Numbered from the stretch's first letter, positions 12,401 to 25,455 are shown. The stretch is 64,000 nucleotides of DNA from Macrostomum hystrix (GCA_950097015.1 CATNEN010000038.1:13392001-13456000), one strand, 5' to 3'. The notes: generated by a model not told the origin, from the sequence alone. A program made the numbers and translations.

Positions 12401-15400
12401 TGCCTGCGGTTCCTTCTACGATACTGCCTGCGGTTCCTTCTACGATACTGCCTACGGTTCCTTCTACGATACTGCCTGCGGTTCCTTCTACGTTACTGCC
12501 TGCGGTTCCTTCTACGATACTGCCTACGGTTCCTTCTACGTTACTGCCTGCGGTTCCTTCTATGATACTGCCTGCGGTTCCTTCTACGATACTGCCTACG
12601 GTTCCTTCTATGATACTGCCTGCGGTTCCTTCTACGATACTGCCTGCGGTTCCTTCTATGATACTGCCTGCGGTTCCTTCTACGATTCTGCCTGCGGTTC
12701 CTTCTATGATACTGCCTGCGGTTCCTTCTACGATTCTGCCTGCGGTTCCTTCTACGATTCTGCCTGCGGTTCCTTCTACGATTCTGCCTGCGGTTCCTTC
12801 TACGATACTGCCTGCGGTTCCTTCTACGATACTGCCTGCGGTTCCTTCTATGATTCTGCCTGCGGTTCCTTCTACGATTCTGCCTGCGGTTCCTTCTACG
12901 ATACTGCCTGCGGTTCCTTCTACGTTACTGCCTGTGGTTCCTTCTACGATACTGCCTGCGGTTCCTTCTACGATACTGCCTGCGGTTCCTTCTACGATAC
13001 TGCCTGCGGTTCCTTCTACGATACTGCCTGCGGTTCCTTCTATGATACTGCCTGCGGTTCCTTCTACGATTCTGCCTGCGGTTCCTTCTACGATACTGCC
13101 TGCGGTTCCTTCTACGATTCTGCCTGCGGTTCCTTCTACGATTCTGCCTGCGGTTCCTTCTACGATACTGCCTGCGGTTCCTTCTACGATACTGCCTACG
13201 GTTCCTTCTACGATTCTGCCTGCGGTTCCTTCTACGTTACTGCCTGCGGTTTCTTCTACGATTCTGCCTGCGGTTCCTTCTACGATTCTGCCTGCGGTTC
13301 CTTCTACGATTCTGCCTGCGGTTCCTTCTACGATACTGCCTGCGGTTCCTTCTACGATTCTGCCTGCGGTTCCTTCTACGATACTGCCTGCGGTTCCTTC
13401 TACGATACTGCCTGCGGTTCCTTCTACGATACTGCCTGCGGTTCCTTCTACGATACTGCCTGCGGTTCCTTCTACGATTCTGCCTGCGGTTCCTTCTACG
13501 TTACTGCCTGCGGTTTCTTCTACGATTCTGCCTGCGGTTCCTTCTACGATGCTGCCTGAGGTTCCTTCTACGATGCTGCCTACGGTTCCTTCTACGATAC
13601 TGCCTGCGGTTCCTTCTACGTTACTGCCTGTGGTTCCTTCTACGATACTGCCTGCGGTTCCTTCTACGATTCTGCCTGCGGTTCCTTCTACGATTCTGCC
13701 TGCGGTTCCTTCTACGATACTGCCTGCGGTTCCTTCTACGTTACTGCCTGCGGTTCCTTCTACGATTCTGCCTGCGGTTTCTTCTACGATTCTGCCTGCG
13801 GTTCCTTCTACGATTCTGCCTGCGGTTCCTTCTACGTTACTGCCTGCGGTTTCTTCTACGATACTGCCTGCGGTTCCTTCTACGATACTGCCTGCGGTTC
13901 CTTCTACGTTACTGCCTGCGGTTCCTTCTACGTTACTGCCTGCGGTTCCTTCTACGATACTGCCTGTGATTCAATAGCCTTACAACTTAAGCTTTAATCC
14001 TATTGCCCTGAGCTCATGGTACAAGTGCACTTAATCAGGTTTCGCATCTGTTACCATTCTGGTCGTGGGGTGTTCTTCTTTTTCGAGCCTTAATCATAAT
14101 TCCTGCTGAAATATACGAGTACTTAAAGAGACTATATTTCTAGCAACAACGAATAAGAAAACAATCAGATCAGTCTACATACTTGCGATGACAACTGCTA
14201 CGTCTATATTACGAGATTGCTTCACAGTTTTTGTTTGCCCATTGTTATGTTGTCTGCTGAAAACTGCTATAGCTAGGTTTAAAGGGACTGCTCTATGTTG
14301 AATACAAACAACTGTTCAGAAACCATGCATTAGCCCTCCGAGGTTTCAATTGTGATGCTGAATATAGTTCTCATAACTCGTCTACTCGAAGAGTTTAGAA
14401 AGATGTTAATAAGCTGCGCAGTCTAAAAGTATTTAGGCTTTAGGCTTTCCATTAGGTCACATAGATGCATACACCGATTGTTCCTTTCCTAGCTAGTGAT
14501 TACCTTTACTGCACAATACGATGTCCTCTTGTGACTGTGAGTGGCAGTGTACGTTAAGAAATTTTGAAATGGGGTCTTGCCTAAGCCAAAGCACTTGCGG
14601 GCTAGCAATCCGTCTACAAAAATCAAATAACTCGGAGAAGAATTTTTTGTTATTTTGCTACTTATTTAGACGAGAATCTAAAGGGAACACTCAAAAGTTT
14701 TTAAAGTATGCTTGACTAGTTAAATATAAAGTAACATATAAAGTAACTAATGAAATCGGCCCCAGTTGCAGAATTTCTATAAATCTTGGGTCACACGTCA
14801 AATATGCCTCAACCTGCCTACCTCCAAGAGCACGAACTTCGTGCACTTCAACTCGCCATCCAGTTTCTTCTTCAGCGCCTTGTCAGCGTTGGCGCGGTGG
14901 CGGGCCTGGCAGCGGGCCTCCCAGTCCGACTTCATGTTCACCTTCCACTCCCTGTGAACAGTCGGGTTGGAGGACAGAAATAAATTATTTTCGGTTGTAT
15001 TGAAGTGCTAAAATCAACTATAAAGGCTACGTGAAAGTTCCAAGCGACTCACTCATTTAGAGTAGCTTCATGCTGAGCAATTGCCTCGTCAGCCTGAAAT
15101 GAAAGGGAAAAATGCTAAACTGCTAAAGTATATAAGTACTTTTATCACGACTACGACACTTTCTGGAGTGAAGATAATGTCCTTTGTACCATATTTATTA
15201 CACCCTCTACGTATTCAACCTGCTTTCGCAGTGTTAATGGGCATGCTGTAATTTTGTTATTTTATTTCGTTACTGATTGCGTTGCAAAGCCGATGATTAT
15301 TAATTTTCAATAAGGCGGCTACTCTGGCCTACCTTGTCATTAACAGAGGGCTAGATTTAATGCACGAATCCCACACGTTTCATAGTCAACGCTCAATACA

Positions 15401-17419
15401 AAGTGGCGGAAGAGCGGGCTGCAATCGCGTCACGGGCGACTGAAGGAGCGACGCTGGGAAGCTGCGTGGCTGAGATTTAGATCGACAAGCTATTGGTTGC
15501 CAATTTCAGCCTCTATTAGGAGCAGGAAAGCCGTCACGTGACCTGCTTTCGCCCTTCCACTCGATCCTTAATTAAAAATTAGTCAGGAAGAAGGCTGTAG
15601 CTAAAAGCTTGCGAGAGCTGCCAAACAATTCCGCTTAGCAATCGAAGACGAAAAGAGAATGCCCAACTCGACGTATTCGCTGAGCACTCCACCATTCGAA
15701 TATTTCACATTCGGCCTCACCTTAGGCCTGAGCGCACTTGCGGGGCTGCTCAACTGCGCCGCGTTAATTGTCCTAGCCAGCCGACGGATCAGGGAGCGAA
15801 AGAGCGGCATGGTGACGCTCAGCAGCCTGGAGATCCTGTCTAACGCTGCCTTGTTTGCCTACCTCACCTGTCAGCTTGCGCTGCAGGGCACTGGCCCGTG
15901 GCAGGTATGTAGTAAACTGTCACATCCCGTGAGAGACAGTGAATGTATCTCGCATAACTATACCCTATATTCCTATATTCAATTAGAGATGTCGCACAGC
16001 ACGGTAATACTAACTTTGACGAGTGGAAATCGAGTAGCAAACTTAATGCAACTTAATTCCACCTCTCTTGATCTCTTCTTCACCTTCCCCTTCTACTTCA
16101 CAAGGTGGGCCTTGCTGTCCATTTTCTGCAGATGCTGCGGAACAACTGGCTGCTGGGCATCTCGCTGTACCGGCTTGCCCTCATCTTGCGGCCAGGCATG
16201 GCCTCCCGGCCCCACTTGCAACCGACTAAGCGGCGCCAGGCAACCCTTCTGGCTACCGTTGTGCTCCTCAGCGGCGGCGAGTTGTTCCTAACCAACGTCT
16301 TCAGCTTGCTGTCGCCAGGTGGAGCCACAAATGCCACGAATTCTACACTTAACTCAGCCATGGAAGCAGAGACCGCAGCCAAGGAGCCGATGTTTAAGTA
16401 TTTGAGCTACGCTATGATGGGCGTCATTGTTCCCGGCTTCTGCATCCTGTTCATATCGGCTAAGATCGCCCACAGCCTGCGCAGCCGCTTTGCTAATCAT
16501 CCGTCCAGTAAGCGCACCAGCAAGATCATTGCGCTACTGGCGGCGAGCTTCGTGCTCTGCCAGTTCCCATTCGCCATCACCTACGTGGTCGCGCTTGCCT
16601 TCTTGGTAAGTGCGGAAACTCAGTCCATGAATGATGCCCAGCTGCTCTGGGTTCACCGCTTCGAGATGGTGGCAAACTGGGGCGGTGTATTTCAGCCCAT
16701 AGACTCCTGTTTGAACTTCTTCATTCTGTTGATGTTCAGCCCGTCTTTCTGGCGCATTCTGAGCTGCGTTGACCGACACCGAAATCGCGGCATGCGACTG
16801 CCTAAGCGCGAGAAGCCGCGCCGGCCCCCGATCGTCCTATAGGATGCAGCGGCCGCAGCGCTACTGCCGCTACCAAGCCGATGAGGCCGGCCTGCCTGCC
16901 TGACAGATGCGGCTACGACCGGCCGAGCTTGTCGAGCTACACCGATTTGAACGTCCTGAGGATCGCTACGGATGAACCATGGAGCTGGAATCTAGCTCGT
17001 ACATCTGAGATCTGCGGCGATGAGTACGACTTCAAGTCTCAAATAGTTTTTTGAATGCATAGTTTCTAAATTCAAAGTGCATAAAAGAAACACATGACGC
17101 TATGAATTTAAAGACAACACGTCAATACATGTGTCTCCAGATTCAATGATTTCTCTGGCTGTGGAAGCAGTTTGCTTACAGCGGTGACGCTATTAGAAAA
17201 TGATGAATATTACGGATAATAATCCTATCTGCTGTCATACGAGTATTATGCGCTCGTATTATACGGTTTGCTTTTAATAAAACTCTAACATTATAGCTAA
17301 AGGAGGTCCTATAGCTCGCCGTTGTGCAATGTATCACAAAATATCCCTTATCGCGGTGACGTGCTTTAGCACCCAAATACCTGGTGTTTCTTTTTTAGTT
17401 TTAGTTTCTTCTTAATCAT
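9454..17419 (-). CDS. CFAP141: Cilia- and flagella-associated protein 141 (C1orf189)-like, about 109 aa
   Basis: Well-supported exons 15053-15093, 14822-14951 and 9454-9555 join in phase as ADEAIAQHEATLNEEWKVN...FVLLE|VRKEALRLLLERERAAHAKELEAEGKTFYTQRA, resembling the recalled human C-terminus [33 protein letters not shown]. Tentative 5' exons are 17381-17419 and 15333-15350. Confidence 0.75.
10523..11277 (+). mobile_element. Internally deleted Gypsy (Mag-like) LTR element
   Basis: LTR TGTAGTGTGCGTA at 10523 to ACA at 10727, then PBS TGGCATCG at 10729. Gag fragment WARRFATYINAAG...RFKFETCRQQPGETIDQWYQRLR. PPT AGGGGGAGAGA 11221-11231 is followed by a second TGTAGTGTGCGTA at 11232. Confidence 0.8.
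12289..13966. repeat. 24-bp minisatellite (GTTCCTTCTACGATACTGCCTGCG)n, about 70 copies
   Basis: Tandem periodicity; generates the 559-aa (TILPAVPS)n ORF; lies within a CFAP141 intron. Confidence 0.95.
15659..16842 (+). CDS. Rhodopsin-like (class A) GPCR, peptide-receptor-like, 2 exons, about 327 aa
   Basis: Exons 15659-15904 (CAG|GTATGT) and 16105-16842 (ACAAG|) join in phase 0. Seven hydrophobic segments, SLYRL at the DRY position, TM6 FVLCQFP and TM7 DSCLNFFIL. Confidence 0.85.
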
Positions 17420-20400
17420 GTCTTAATTTTCTGAGTGACCTTGCTCTTTTAGTGACAGAATTGTTTCTGCGAAATGTGAAAAATAATTTGTCTGAAAATA
17501 GAAACGAATTGAGCGGAATACTCCGTGAAACCGTTTAGTTCCTATAATTAAATGGGTATTTTATTTCAATTTTTAACAATTGCAAGCGTTATGTTATTGC
17601 TCGTTCAACTTTCGCATTAAAATTCTAGTCGTGCTTAAAAAATTAGCGCGAATAGAATACCTAGAGTGTCTAGGCTCTAGAGCTCTAGAGTAGAGCAAGT
17701 CTACGGAAGAGTATGGCAATAATTCAAGACTGCCAATTTCATTGTGTGAAGTCTATTAATTTTTTTGCTGTCCAGTCCTTTATTAATACTTTTAGATTTT
17801 AAAGTCGGATTAAATTTATTAAGCAAAAACTTTCATGAGGGGATTTGGGGAGATCCATTTCAGCAGGTACAATTCGAGTGCTGGTATATCGATAGAGAAT
17901 GAAGGCATTCACCGGATCAACTCGCAGCTAGGCAACAGGGATTCCAGTTGGAGCACTCGCGGTCAAAACAGCTGGCCAGCATGTTGCAATAAAAATTCGG
18001 CCTTACATATCATCCCCTGGGCTCGACTTGTCTTGTATTTTTAGCAGTGCCAACTATTCAAACACTTGAGCAGTTTCTACCTAGGCTTGGGCTCTCTGAA
18101 CCCCTGCAGGATTGTACTGATTGCCGCGGCCCTGCATATCGGATGTCGCATATATTCTGAATGGCTGCAGATTTGCGAGTTGGGATAGAAAACTCAAAAT
18201 GAAAATAGAAAATAAGAGCATATATGGCACTCCAATCGGTTTGAAAAGAAGTTCTGGATATCCGTTTGGAACTACAGGCAGTTCAAACTGTTAGCAAATG
18301 AGCAATACTAATTGAGTCATATGCGCGTCGCAAACACTTCATAGATGTCTGCTCAAAATTGCAACCAAACAAGCATTAGAGACAAAAAATAAAATTGCAG
18401 CTCAGCTAGTCACTACATTCAAACTTTGCTACAGAAAAGTTTTGATCGACAAGATTGACAAGATATGACAGACAAAACTTATTATATTGTTCAAAATCAG
18501 CCAGTTAAAAAATCGGACTGGTCAATCTAATTTAGCTTATTTCAGCGAATTTATATAAAATAATCAAGCTACGAAGTAGCTTGAAGTAACCAACCTAAGC
18601 TAGGGCTAACCTGACCAATAACCTAACCTGCATTTTCCTACTAGCAAGCTTCGAGTCCAGAAACGCGACTGTTCTCTAGCCCGTAAAAGAAAAATCTGAG
18701 CTTTTGCTCACTTTTACGAATTTTCAACACACGGAATTAAGGCATCGATTGATTGCTATGCGATAGCGTAATGAGAAATTAAACAACTTAATCCCATAAA
18801 AACTTATCGGAACCCGCAAGAAGGCAAGAATCATCTAATTAGCTAAAAAAACTTTGAAATATAAACCTTTTTATCTTGATTGAAAAATGTACGAGCGTAG
18901 TATGTATAAATACTAAATTATTTTTCAGCCGAACTTCTTAATTTAACACACGAACCCATTCTGTGTTGACTTAATCGCCTCTAGCGAGGGTCATGAAACA
19001 ATGCTTAGTCAGCCAATATCCTTTTAACTGTTGCACACGTTGCTAACTTGGCATCAACCCATCACCCCAAGCTCATGATTGGACATCATTTCTAGTGGTC
19101 TAGCAGCACATGCAGCCAGGTAGCACTGCACTGCACTGAACCATCCTTGCTGTTTTTACGAGAAGCTGTGCATATCTGGCATGAAGGAACAACATGGCTC
19201 TATAAAATAAGACTTCTTATGTCCAGTTGGCGGTCGCATCAACTCAGCAATCCTTCTTTGAGAGACCACACTCACCAATCAATCCTTGTACCAATCCTTG
19301 AATCATTTTTTAAATCATTTTTTCATAGAAATTCACAGAATTATAATAATTTTTACACCTTAAAACTCCTGTAATCATTTCGATCTAAGAACCGAAGTGT
19401 GAAGTGTAATGATAATAAAAGAAGAAAGTTGAATAAAAAGAAAAATTAAATAAATCTTATTACGTTTTGGACTTCGTTCAACATTTATTTTTTTTACTCT
19501 AGTATTCTTCACCAGTTCACTCTCTTTGATTTCAATTCTATTAAATTTATATAAATTTACAACAAAGCAAAGTACAAAGCAGAGAAGCAAAAGCGGTATG
19601 CACTGATTAGTAATTTTTTTATTTTGAGTCTTCTTTATTGTCCGAGTTGAGAAACTGTCGTGTTTTGCAATAAGCTATTGGTCTGATGGTAGGTCTATCA
19701 TATAAATATTTGTTCATTGGCAGTAATAAAGTATTAACCTTATTTCGGTCAATATTTCATCATTGTGGTAAAGCTCTGCATAATACGATCGCGCCAAAAA
19801 TGCTATAAAATTTGTAATACAAGAGACTCTATTTTACAAGCTCAGAACCGGTAAGAAGTGTTAATAGCTGAAAAATATTGCTAACATTATCTTCGCCTCC
19901 CTCGTTAAATTACTTTGAGCAATGGAGTTCAGAGAGCTTCAACTTACCACTAGTCTATCTTTCTGAGCTTTAGCACTCGCATCTTCTTTTGTACCAATAA
20001 CTTCGTATCGAATGTGTCGGTTAAGTTCGTAATCTCTAGGCATAATTGTTAATTAATTGTGTGGATAATAGCGATCAGAATGTATTTAATAATAATTAAT
20101 ATTAGCGAGTTGTAAAAGATACATTAATTCCAAATTTAAAATTATTTAGTAACACTATGATTTACATTAGATTTTCTCCAGGTATAACAAAATGTTATAT
20201 TTAATGAACAATTTGCTATTGATATTTACCATTTTGCCGTTATTACTGGCCCTAGTTCTAATTTATTCTGAAACGGATGTTACTCTGAAACTCTAAAGCA
20301 GATCTAATAAGACATGTTTTTTCGGATTTGAACACGAAAAGCACAACTTTTGACTTGTTTTGCTTATATAATATAAGAAGTAATATCGAATGAATATAAA

Positions 20401-21224
20401 TACTAAACCCAAAATGTTGATAAGTTAAACCACCTTATAGATCGATTTGGACAGGTAAATATTATGCTTAGCTGTCATCAATGGTCTGTTATAGTAAATG
20501 AAAAAATAATTTTCACTCACTCACTCGTACGTATATTTTTGGTACGAAAATACGAAATATGGAATTTAAGGAAAATACACTAATCTGCTTGATAAATCTT
20601 TTGATTATATTGATTCCGATCTGCACCACGTCACAATAAATTAAAAAAGACAAAACAACATGAGATGAGAGGGTACTCCAACATAGCAGTGCAATATATA
20701 GTGGCATTTTATTGCATTTTTTATGGAACTAAATTTCCTGATACAGAGCATTGCAGCGCTTAATTAAACTATCAGTTGATAAGGAGGAAGATTTTTTGCA
20801 TAGAATTCATCGCGTGGAATGTGTTTTAAGAAGTGTTTTAATAGAAGTTTTTCTGTTGGCTCCTGAGATTTTTATATACTGAAATTTACAAAGCGTATAT
20901 GCCTCTGTAAACTTCGGTTTATTTTTTCCGCATTTAGGCGATTTAAATGAGAACAAAAATAATAGCCCGTAATGAAAGTACTTGAAAACACATTAATGCA
21001 ATAACGAGGTTATAGAATTGGCAACTTCTCTGATTATGTGTACAAGTCAGAAAGCCATTTATGCTTGCAAAGTTATTATTAAATAAAGAAAAAAAGCGTG
21101 AAAAAGTTATTTTTTTGGATTCTTTAATAAAAGTTGTTATGCTCGTACATATACTACACATATTTCGAAATTTGATTTTCCGCAGTTTTCTAATTCGTTT
21201 TTTAGATCCAAAAACATGCGCAAG

Positions 21225-22574
21225 CTATACAGATGTCTCACTTAAGTGATCACCAGCTTGACTAGATTGAGCACTGATAGCATTTGGGACGTCCATTGGG
21301 TGATAACGCTTAACTACGAAAAGTTTCCTGCTTGAATCAGATCTATTTCCATGTGAAGCAGACGGTTTGATGCCTTCCTTGCTAATAAAGGGGCTTTTAA
21401 TCGCTTTTAGATCTATTTTATCTTCAGAAACAGATCGAAGTATCTTAGTGACTTTTGAGTAGGCGGGAGCCTGTCGTAGGGCTCTAATCAGCTGTTCTAG
21501 ACGAGGCGCTTCAGAGTGACTGCTGCCGGAGTCGGAAGATGCTGCTTGGTGCTGTTTGTTACTCTCTGTTGCACCCGTTAAGGCCCTTCGAACTACTGAA
21601 CGGCTGATCAGAGTTGCACTAGATACAGTTCGTGATAGTGGTGCTGGGCGGTTTGTCGCTCCAATTTTCTGTGCACTACTGCATGGCAGGCGCTTAGAAT
21701 GATCAGCGTGAATATCCGTTGGAATTCGTGAGAGGAGATCAGGATTGCGAGTACTCGTAGCACTCGATGCAGCTCGTGATAAGTTTTTAGGATGCCCTTT
21801 TGCAGTAAAATTTTGCTCATGGGGTGACACTGCTGAATTTTTTTGCTTTTCAAGAACTCTCTCACTCTCAGAGTTTGCTTTGAGATCATTTAATGCGAAT
21901 CGACGCTCATGGCGAACGCTGCTTTCAATACCAACTGAAGCTCTTCGAAGATAACCGTGTTGTTTAGCAGTATCCGTTATTGTTTCCACCTGGTCATTTT
22001 GCGATTTTGAAGTGTTTGTAAAGTCGGACTTTGAACTGCTAAGCTGATCAGCTGCGAAGTGTCGACTTGGCTTCCAAGCTGCACGACTTTTAAAATCAAA
22101 CACCGTCCGCGGAATGTAGCATGATTCGACCTCGAGGTCCGTGCAGTCAACCAGGCCCCCACCACTCTTTGCCGCATCTGACGACGTCTTTAAATGCTGC
22201 TCAGCTGCCGCCAGCAATGCTCGCCGTTTGTCAGGCCCAGGGAGCCAGCAGTTGAAGCGCTCATCGCTCCAGTCCAGCGAGACTCTGCGCATCGATAAGG
22301 AAGCGGCAGGACTCAAGCACAGTTGACTTTCAGCTTGTGTATCATCCTGGAGACTCGATAAGAAAATCCTGATCGACTCATCCCCTGCTCCTGTCAAGCC
22401 ATCATCGCCTCGAGGCCAGAAGCTTCCGTCGCTCGTACCATCTTGTCGGGCATCTTGTCGACCATTCTCATTTTGCAGCTGCTTATGCTGTTGCTGGCGG
22501 CGCTCGAGGTACCGCTTTGCACCTCCGCTGGCTGTTCGGGATCTCAACAGAGGACTCGGGTAATGTTCCTCCAT
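21225..22574 (-). CDS. Uncharacterised Ser/Arg-rich, probably disordered protein (449-aa ORF, possibly one exon)
   Basis: 1.35-kb ATG-initiated ORF in AT-rich surroundings. Possible donor AA|GTGAGA near 21240. No domain recognised. Confidence 0.6.
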   Translation of the reverse strand: MEEHYPSPLLRSRTASGGAKRYLERRQQQHKQLQNENGRQDARQDGTSDGSFWPRGDDGLTGAGDESIRIFLSSLQDDTQAESQLCLSPAASLSMRRVSLDWSDERFNCWLPGPDKRRALLAAAEQHLKTSSDAAKSGGGLVDCTDLEVESCYIPRTVFDFKSRAAWKPSRHFAADQLSSSKSDFTNTSKSQNDQVETITDTAKQHGYLRRASVGIESSVRHERRFALNDLKANSESERVLEKQKNSAVSPHEQNFTAKGHPKNLSRAASSATSTRNPDLLSRIPTDIHADHSKRLPCSSAQKIGATNRPAPLSRTVSSATLISRSVVRRALTGATESNKQHQAASSDSGSSHSEAPRLEQLIRALRQAPAYSKVTKILRSVSEDKIDLKAIKSPFISKEGIKPSASHGNRSDSSRKLFVVKRYHPMDVPNAISAQSSQAGDHLSETSV

Positions 22575-23274
22575 GTTAAAATTTCGATACCAATTCGTAG
22601 GGCTTTGAGTGTCTAGAGTTACTCAGTTGCATTGTTGTAGCGTTTTTTATGGTTTTGCGGCTGAGCTAGTCCCCGAAGAATATTCTTTAAGACAAACGCA
22701 CTTGCGAGTCCTGGACAAGTGAATTCCAGTTTTGCCCGACCCTGACCGATCAATACTCACTGGGCATGTCTTTAAGCTGCCTAATCGATTCGCCCTAGCC
22801 AATTCGAGTATCCAAAGCTGGTGTCCAATAATATTGGCTTGCGTTGCATTGTCTCCAGGCTTTGCGAGAACAATAAGACCACAGAAGGCTTTTGCGAACG
22901 CGAAAGACGGAAACTTTTTACAGTGTCACATTTATAGACTTAATTAAAAATTTAAAGCAGATTCAAGCGTGCATTCTACGAAAATATTAAAAGAAGTGCC
23001 TATAGCAATAAACGATCGAAAAATAATTTTTTTTGCAACTGTACTCTAGCTTCGCGTACATGTACTAGGCGCGGATACCTATGATGGATGGATACCTATG
23101 ACGTATATGATAGAGACGGATCCCACCCACAAAGGCATTTCGAAGTATTGGTCGTTTCCAGTGCTCAAATAAGAATCGCATTTGTCAAATCAGTTTCATT
23201 GTAAGACAATCCTTTCTTAAGAAAGCTTTTTTTCTTAAAAATACACTTTATTGAACTTAGTTGATGATTATTGA

Positions 23275-23572
23275 TCAGACCATCCATCCCTGGTGTGTCT
23301 GCAGATGTGTGCAGCGCAGTCGCAGCTGTTCGCGGCGCATCTGAGGGCTGAGTACGGCTGTTGACTCAATGGACTGGTGGGGCACCACACCCACCCTCAA
23401 TTACCTCAGCTAATGCTGGTACCCATTTCACAGCTGGGTGAACTGAAGCAATGCAGAGTTAGGTGTTTTGCAAAACGTTCCACCGGAAATCGAAAGTACA
23501 GCCTGGAATCGAACCCCCACCATTCAAGTCATGAGCCAGACGCTCCAACCAGTAGGCTAGGAGTTACAACCC
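23275..23572 (-). mobile_element. tRNA-derived SINE copy
   Basis: Reverse complement of the 47806-48130 element: GGTTCGATTCC B box and CCCAGCTGTGAAATGGGTACC core. Confidence 0.8.
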
Positions 23573-25191
23573 CGAGTAGTTACATAGAACTGCTCTAAAA
23601 TGGCTCTTAGCAAACAGAACTCTTTTTTAATACTAACTATTTAGAATGCAAAAAGCGTTTCTGATTTCATTTTGTTTTTTTTCTCCTTACAAATCACTCA
23701 CTTTCAGAGCGTAATATAACTGTACAGTAATGTCACCCAGACATCCACGATGCATAAACGAACAATATGAATCAGCGTACTTGCAGGTGGATCGTTAGAG
23801 AAGGTAAGCAGCATATCTACAACATGTTCTGCACCCGCACCTGGGGTAGTTTTCTTAAACGGTACATTCACCTATAGGTACACTGTTTAGAGTTACTACA
23901 AAAAAGCGTAACAGATTAACCAATTAGAAATTCAGTGGTTTGTTTTAAACATAGTAAATTAGAAAAAAACGTTAAAAAGCTAGTTAAAAAAGCTAAGCCG
24001 AATGGAACTAGCTCGTAATTGCAGATGTTTGGCGAAAACATGGTGATGGGTAAATAAAAACTGCTAAACAAGGATGGCACGCCTCGTCCTAGAATGTGCG
24101 TATAAAAAGCTTCTATATAAAACTCTCTATCCAACTATACTAAATCCCTATACTAAAATTAAAAACTATATATATATATATATATAAATCTCTAGAAATG
24201 GACGAGTAGGCGGTGCGCGGCGAGCAGCCTTTTTGTTAGCTATGATATTTGGTGAAGATTTCGCGCATGGAGCTGGGGTCACATTGGCTTGGCACGGGGT
24301 AGAGCACTTGAGAGCGCACAGGTAGAGCCGCACGCAGGTTTGTAGGCAAGATTGCAGATGTTGAGGTGGGTGTTCGGGTTTGGCGTACGTGCAGTGCCCA
24401 CATCTGCGCAGTATTTGTTGATGAACGCATGGCGAGCTCACTCAGACAGAAAGTTTGAGACCGAAAGAATTTAATTAGTGCCGAAACCTAAAATAATGGA
24501 CAGAATACAACAATATAAGGTTCAGAGAGTCTAGGACAGCTTAAACTGGTTAAGGAAAAGCAATATAGCCCAAAGAATTCAAAGCTCGGAGATATATCTA
24601 CGCGCAGGTGCCACTGTGTATACAAAAGGAATATTCTTTAAAGCTTCTGCATTTGGCAAGAGCGGCCCTATGTCGATTGCTCAACCAGCTACTAGCGAAT
24701 TTACAGATTAAATAGGTAAGAGGTGACTGCATACTGCATCAATTACAGAAAAATCCTAGGTTTAAATCCCGGCAGTAGACAAGACTTTCTGTGATATTTT
24801 CAGTTTTCACTTCAGAAAATGAAAGTGGAGTTCCTTTTAGGCTCGAGCAGAATGCTAATTTCCAGTAGAATCGGATGCTTCTGTGTTTGCCAGTCTTATC
24901 AACTACCATTTTTATTTCTTGAAAACACATGGGATTGTACGACGTGCAGTACAATTTTTATAACTTTGCTAACTTTGCTTTGCTACACTGCTTCGAAAAT
25001 ATGCTCACTCAGCTTATCAGTTGTACAAATGCCATAGCAAAGCCTTTACTGGTGGGACCACTTTAGTATACTTTCACTGTGTTCAGTAAATGATCTAGAA
25101 GATTTCTGGTGCTCTGTAAATGATCTGTAAGATTGCTATTATAAGTTTTTGTTGTTCCTATTATGTCATTATTATAAGCAGCTATTACTAG

Positions 25192-25455
25192 TGGGGGTTG
25201 TAGTCTAGAGATTAGAGCGAACCCACCACCTCCTACGAGGTGGTGGGTTCGATTCCCGACTCAACTAAAACAATTTGTGTCCCTAGCAAGATAATTAACT
25301 GCATCTGCTTTGCTTCAGTTTAACCAGCGTTTAAATAAGCTAGAGGAATGGGTGGGTGTGGCGTCCCCCCAAATCAATAGACTGAACAGCCGTACGCAGC
25401 CTGTATAGCACTGTATAGCTGCGGCTTCGCTGTCGGTTGCACATCTGGCCCGATT
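25192..25455 (+). mobile_element. tRNA-derived SINE copy
   Basis: GGGTTGTAGTCTAG...GGTTCGATTCCC...TGTGTCCCTAGCAAGA, homologous to the 47806-48130 copy. Confidence 0.8.

Noticed and set aside
12298-13977. 559-aa mucin-like CDS
   Set aside because: It is entirely a 24-bp minisatellite with no signal peptide or unique sequence, and it lies in a CFAP141 intron.
17985-18140. Structured RNA (spliced-leader RNA or ribozyme)
   Set aside because: GC-richer patch with short stems, but I could not fit a full SL, twister or HDV consensus by eye; a covariance-model search would be needed.
17420-19060. RFX X-box promoter for the ciliary genes
   Set aside because: Only half-sites (e.g. CTAGGCAAC near 17930) were seen; no convincing full motif.
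24166-24441. Cys-rich small ORF
   Set aside because: Non-ATG start, ends in a (TA)n tract, and has no clear splice or domain support.
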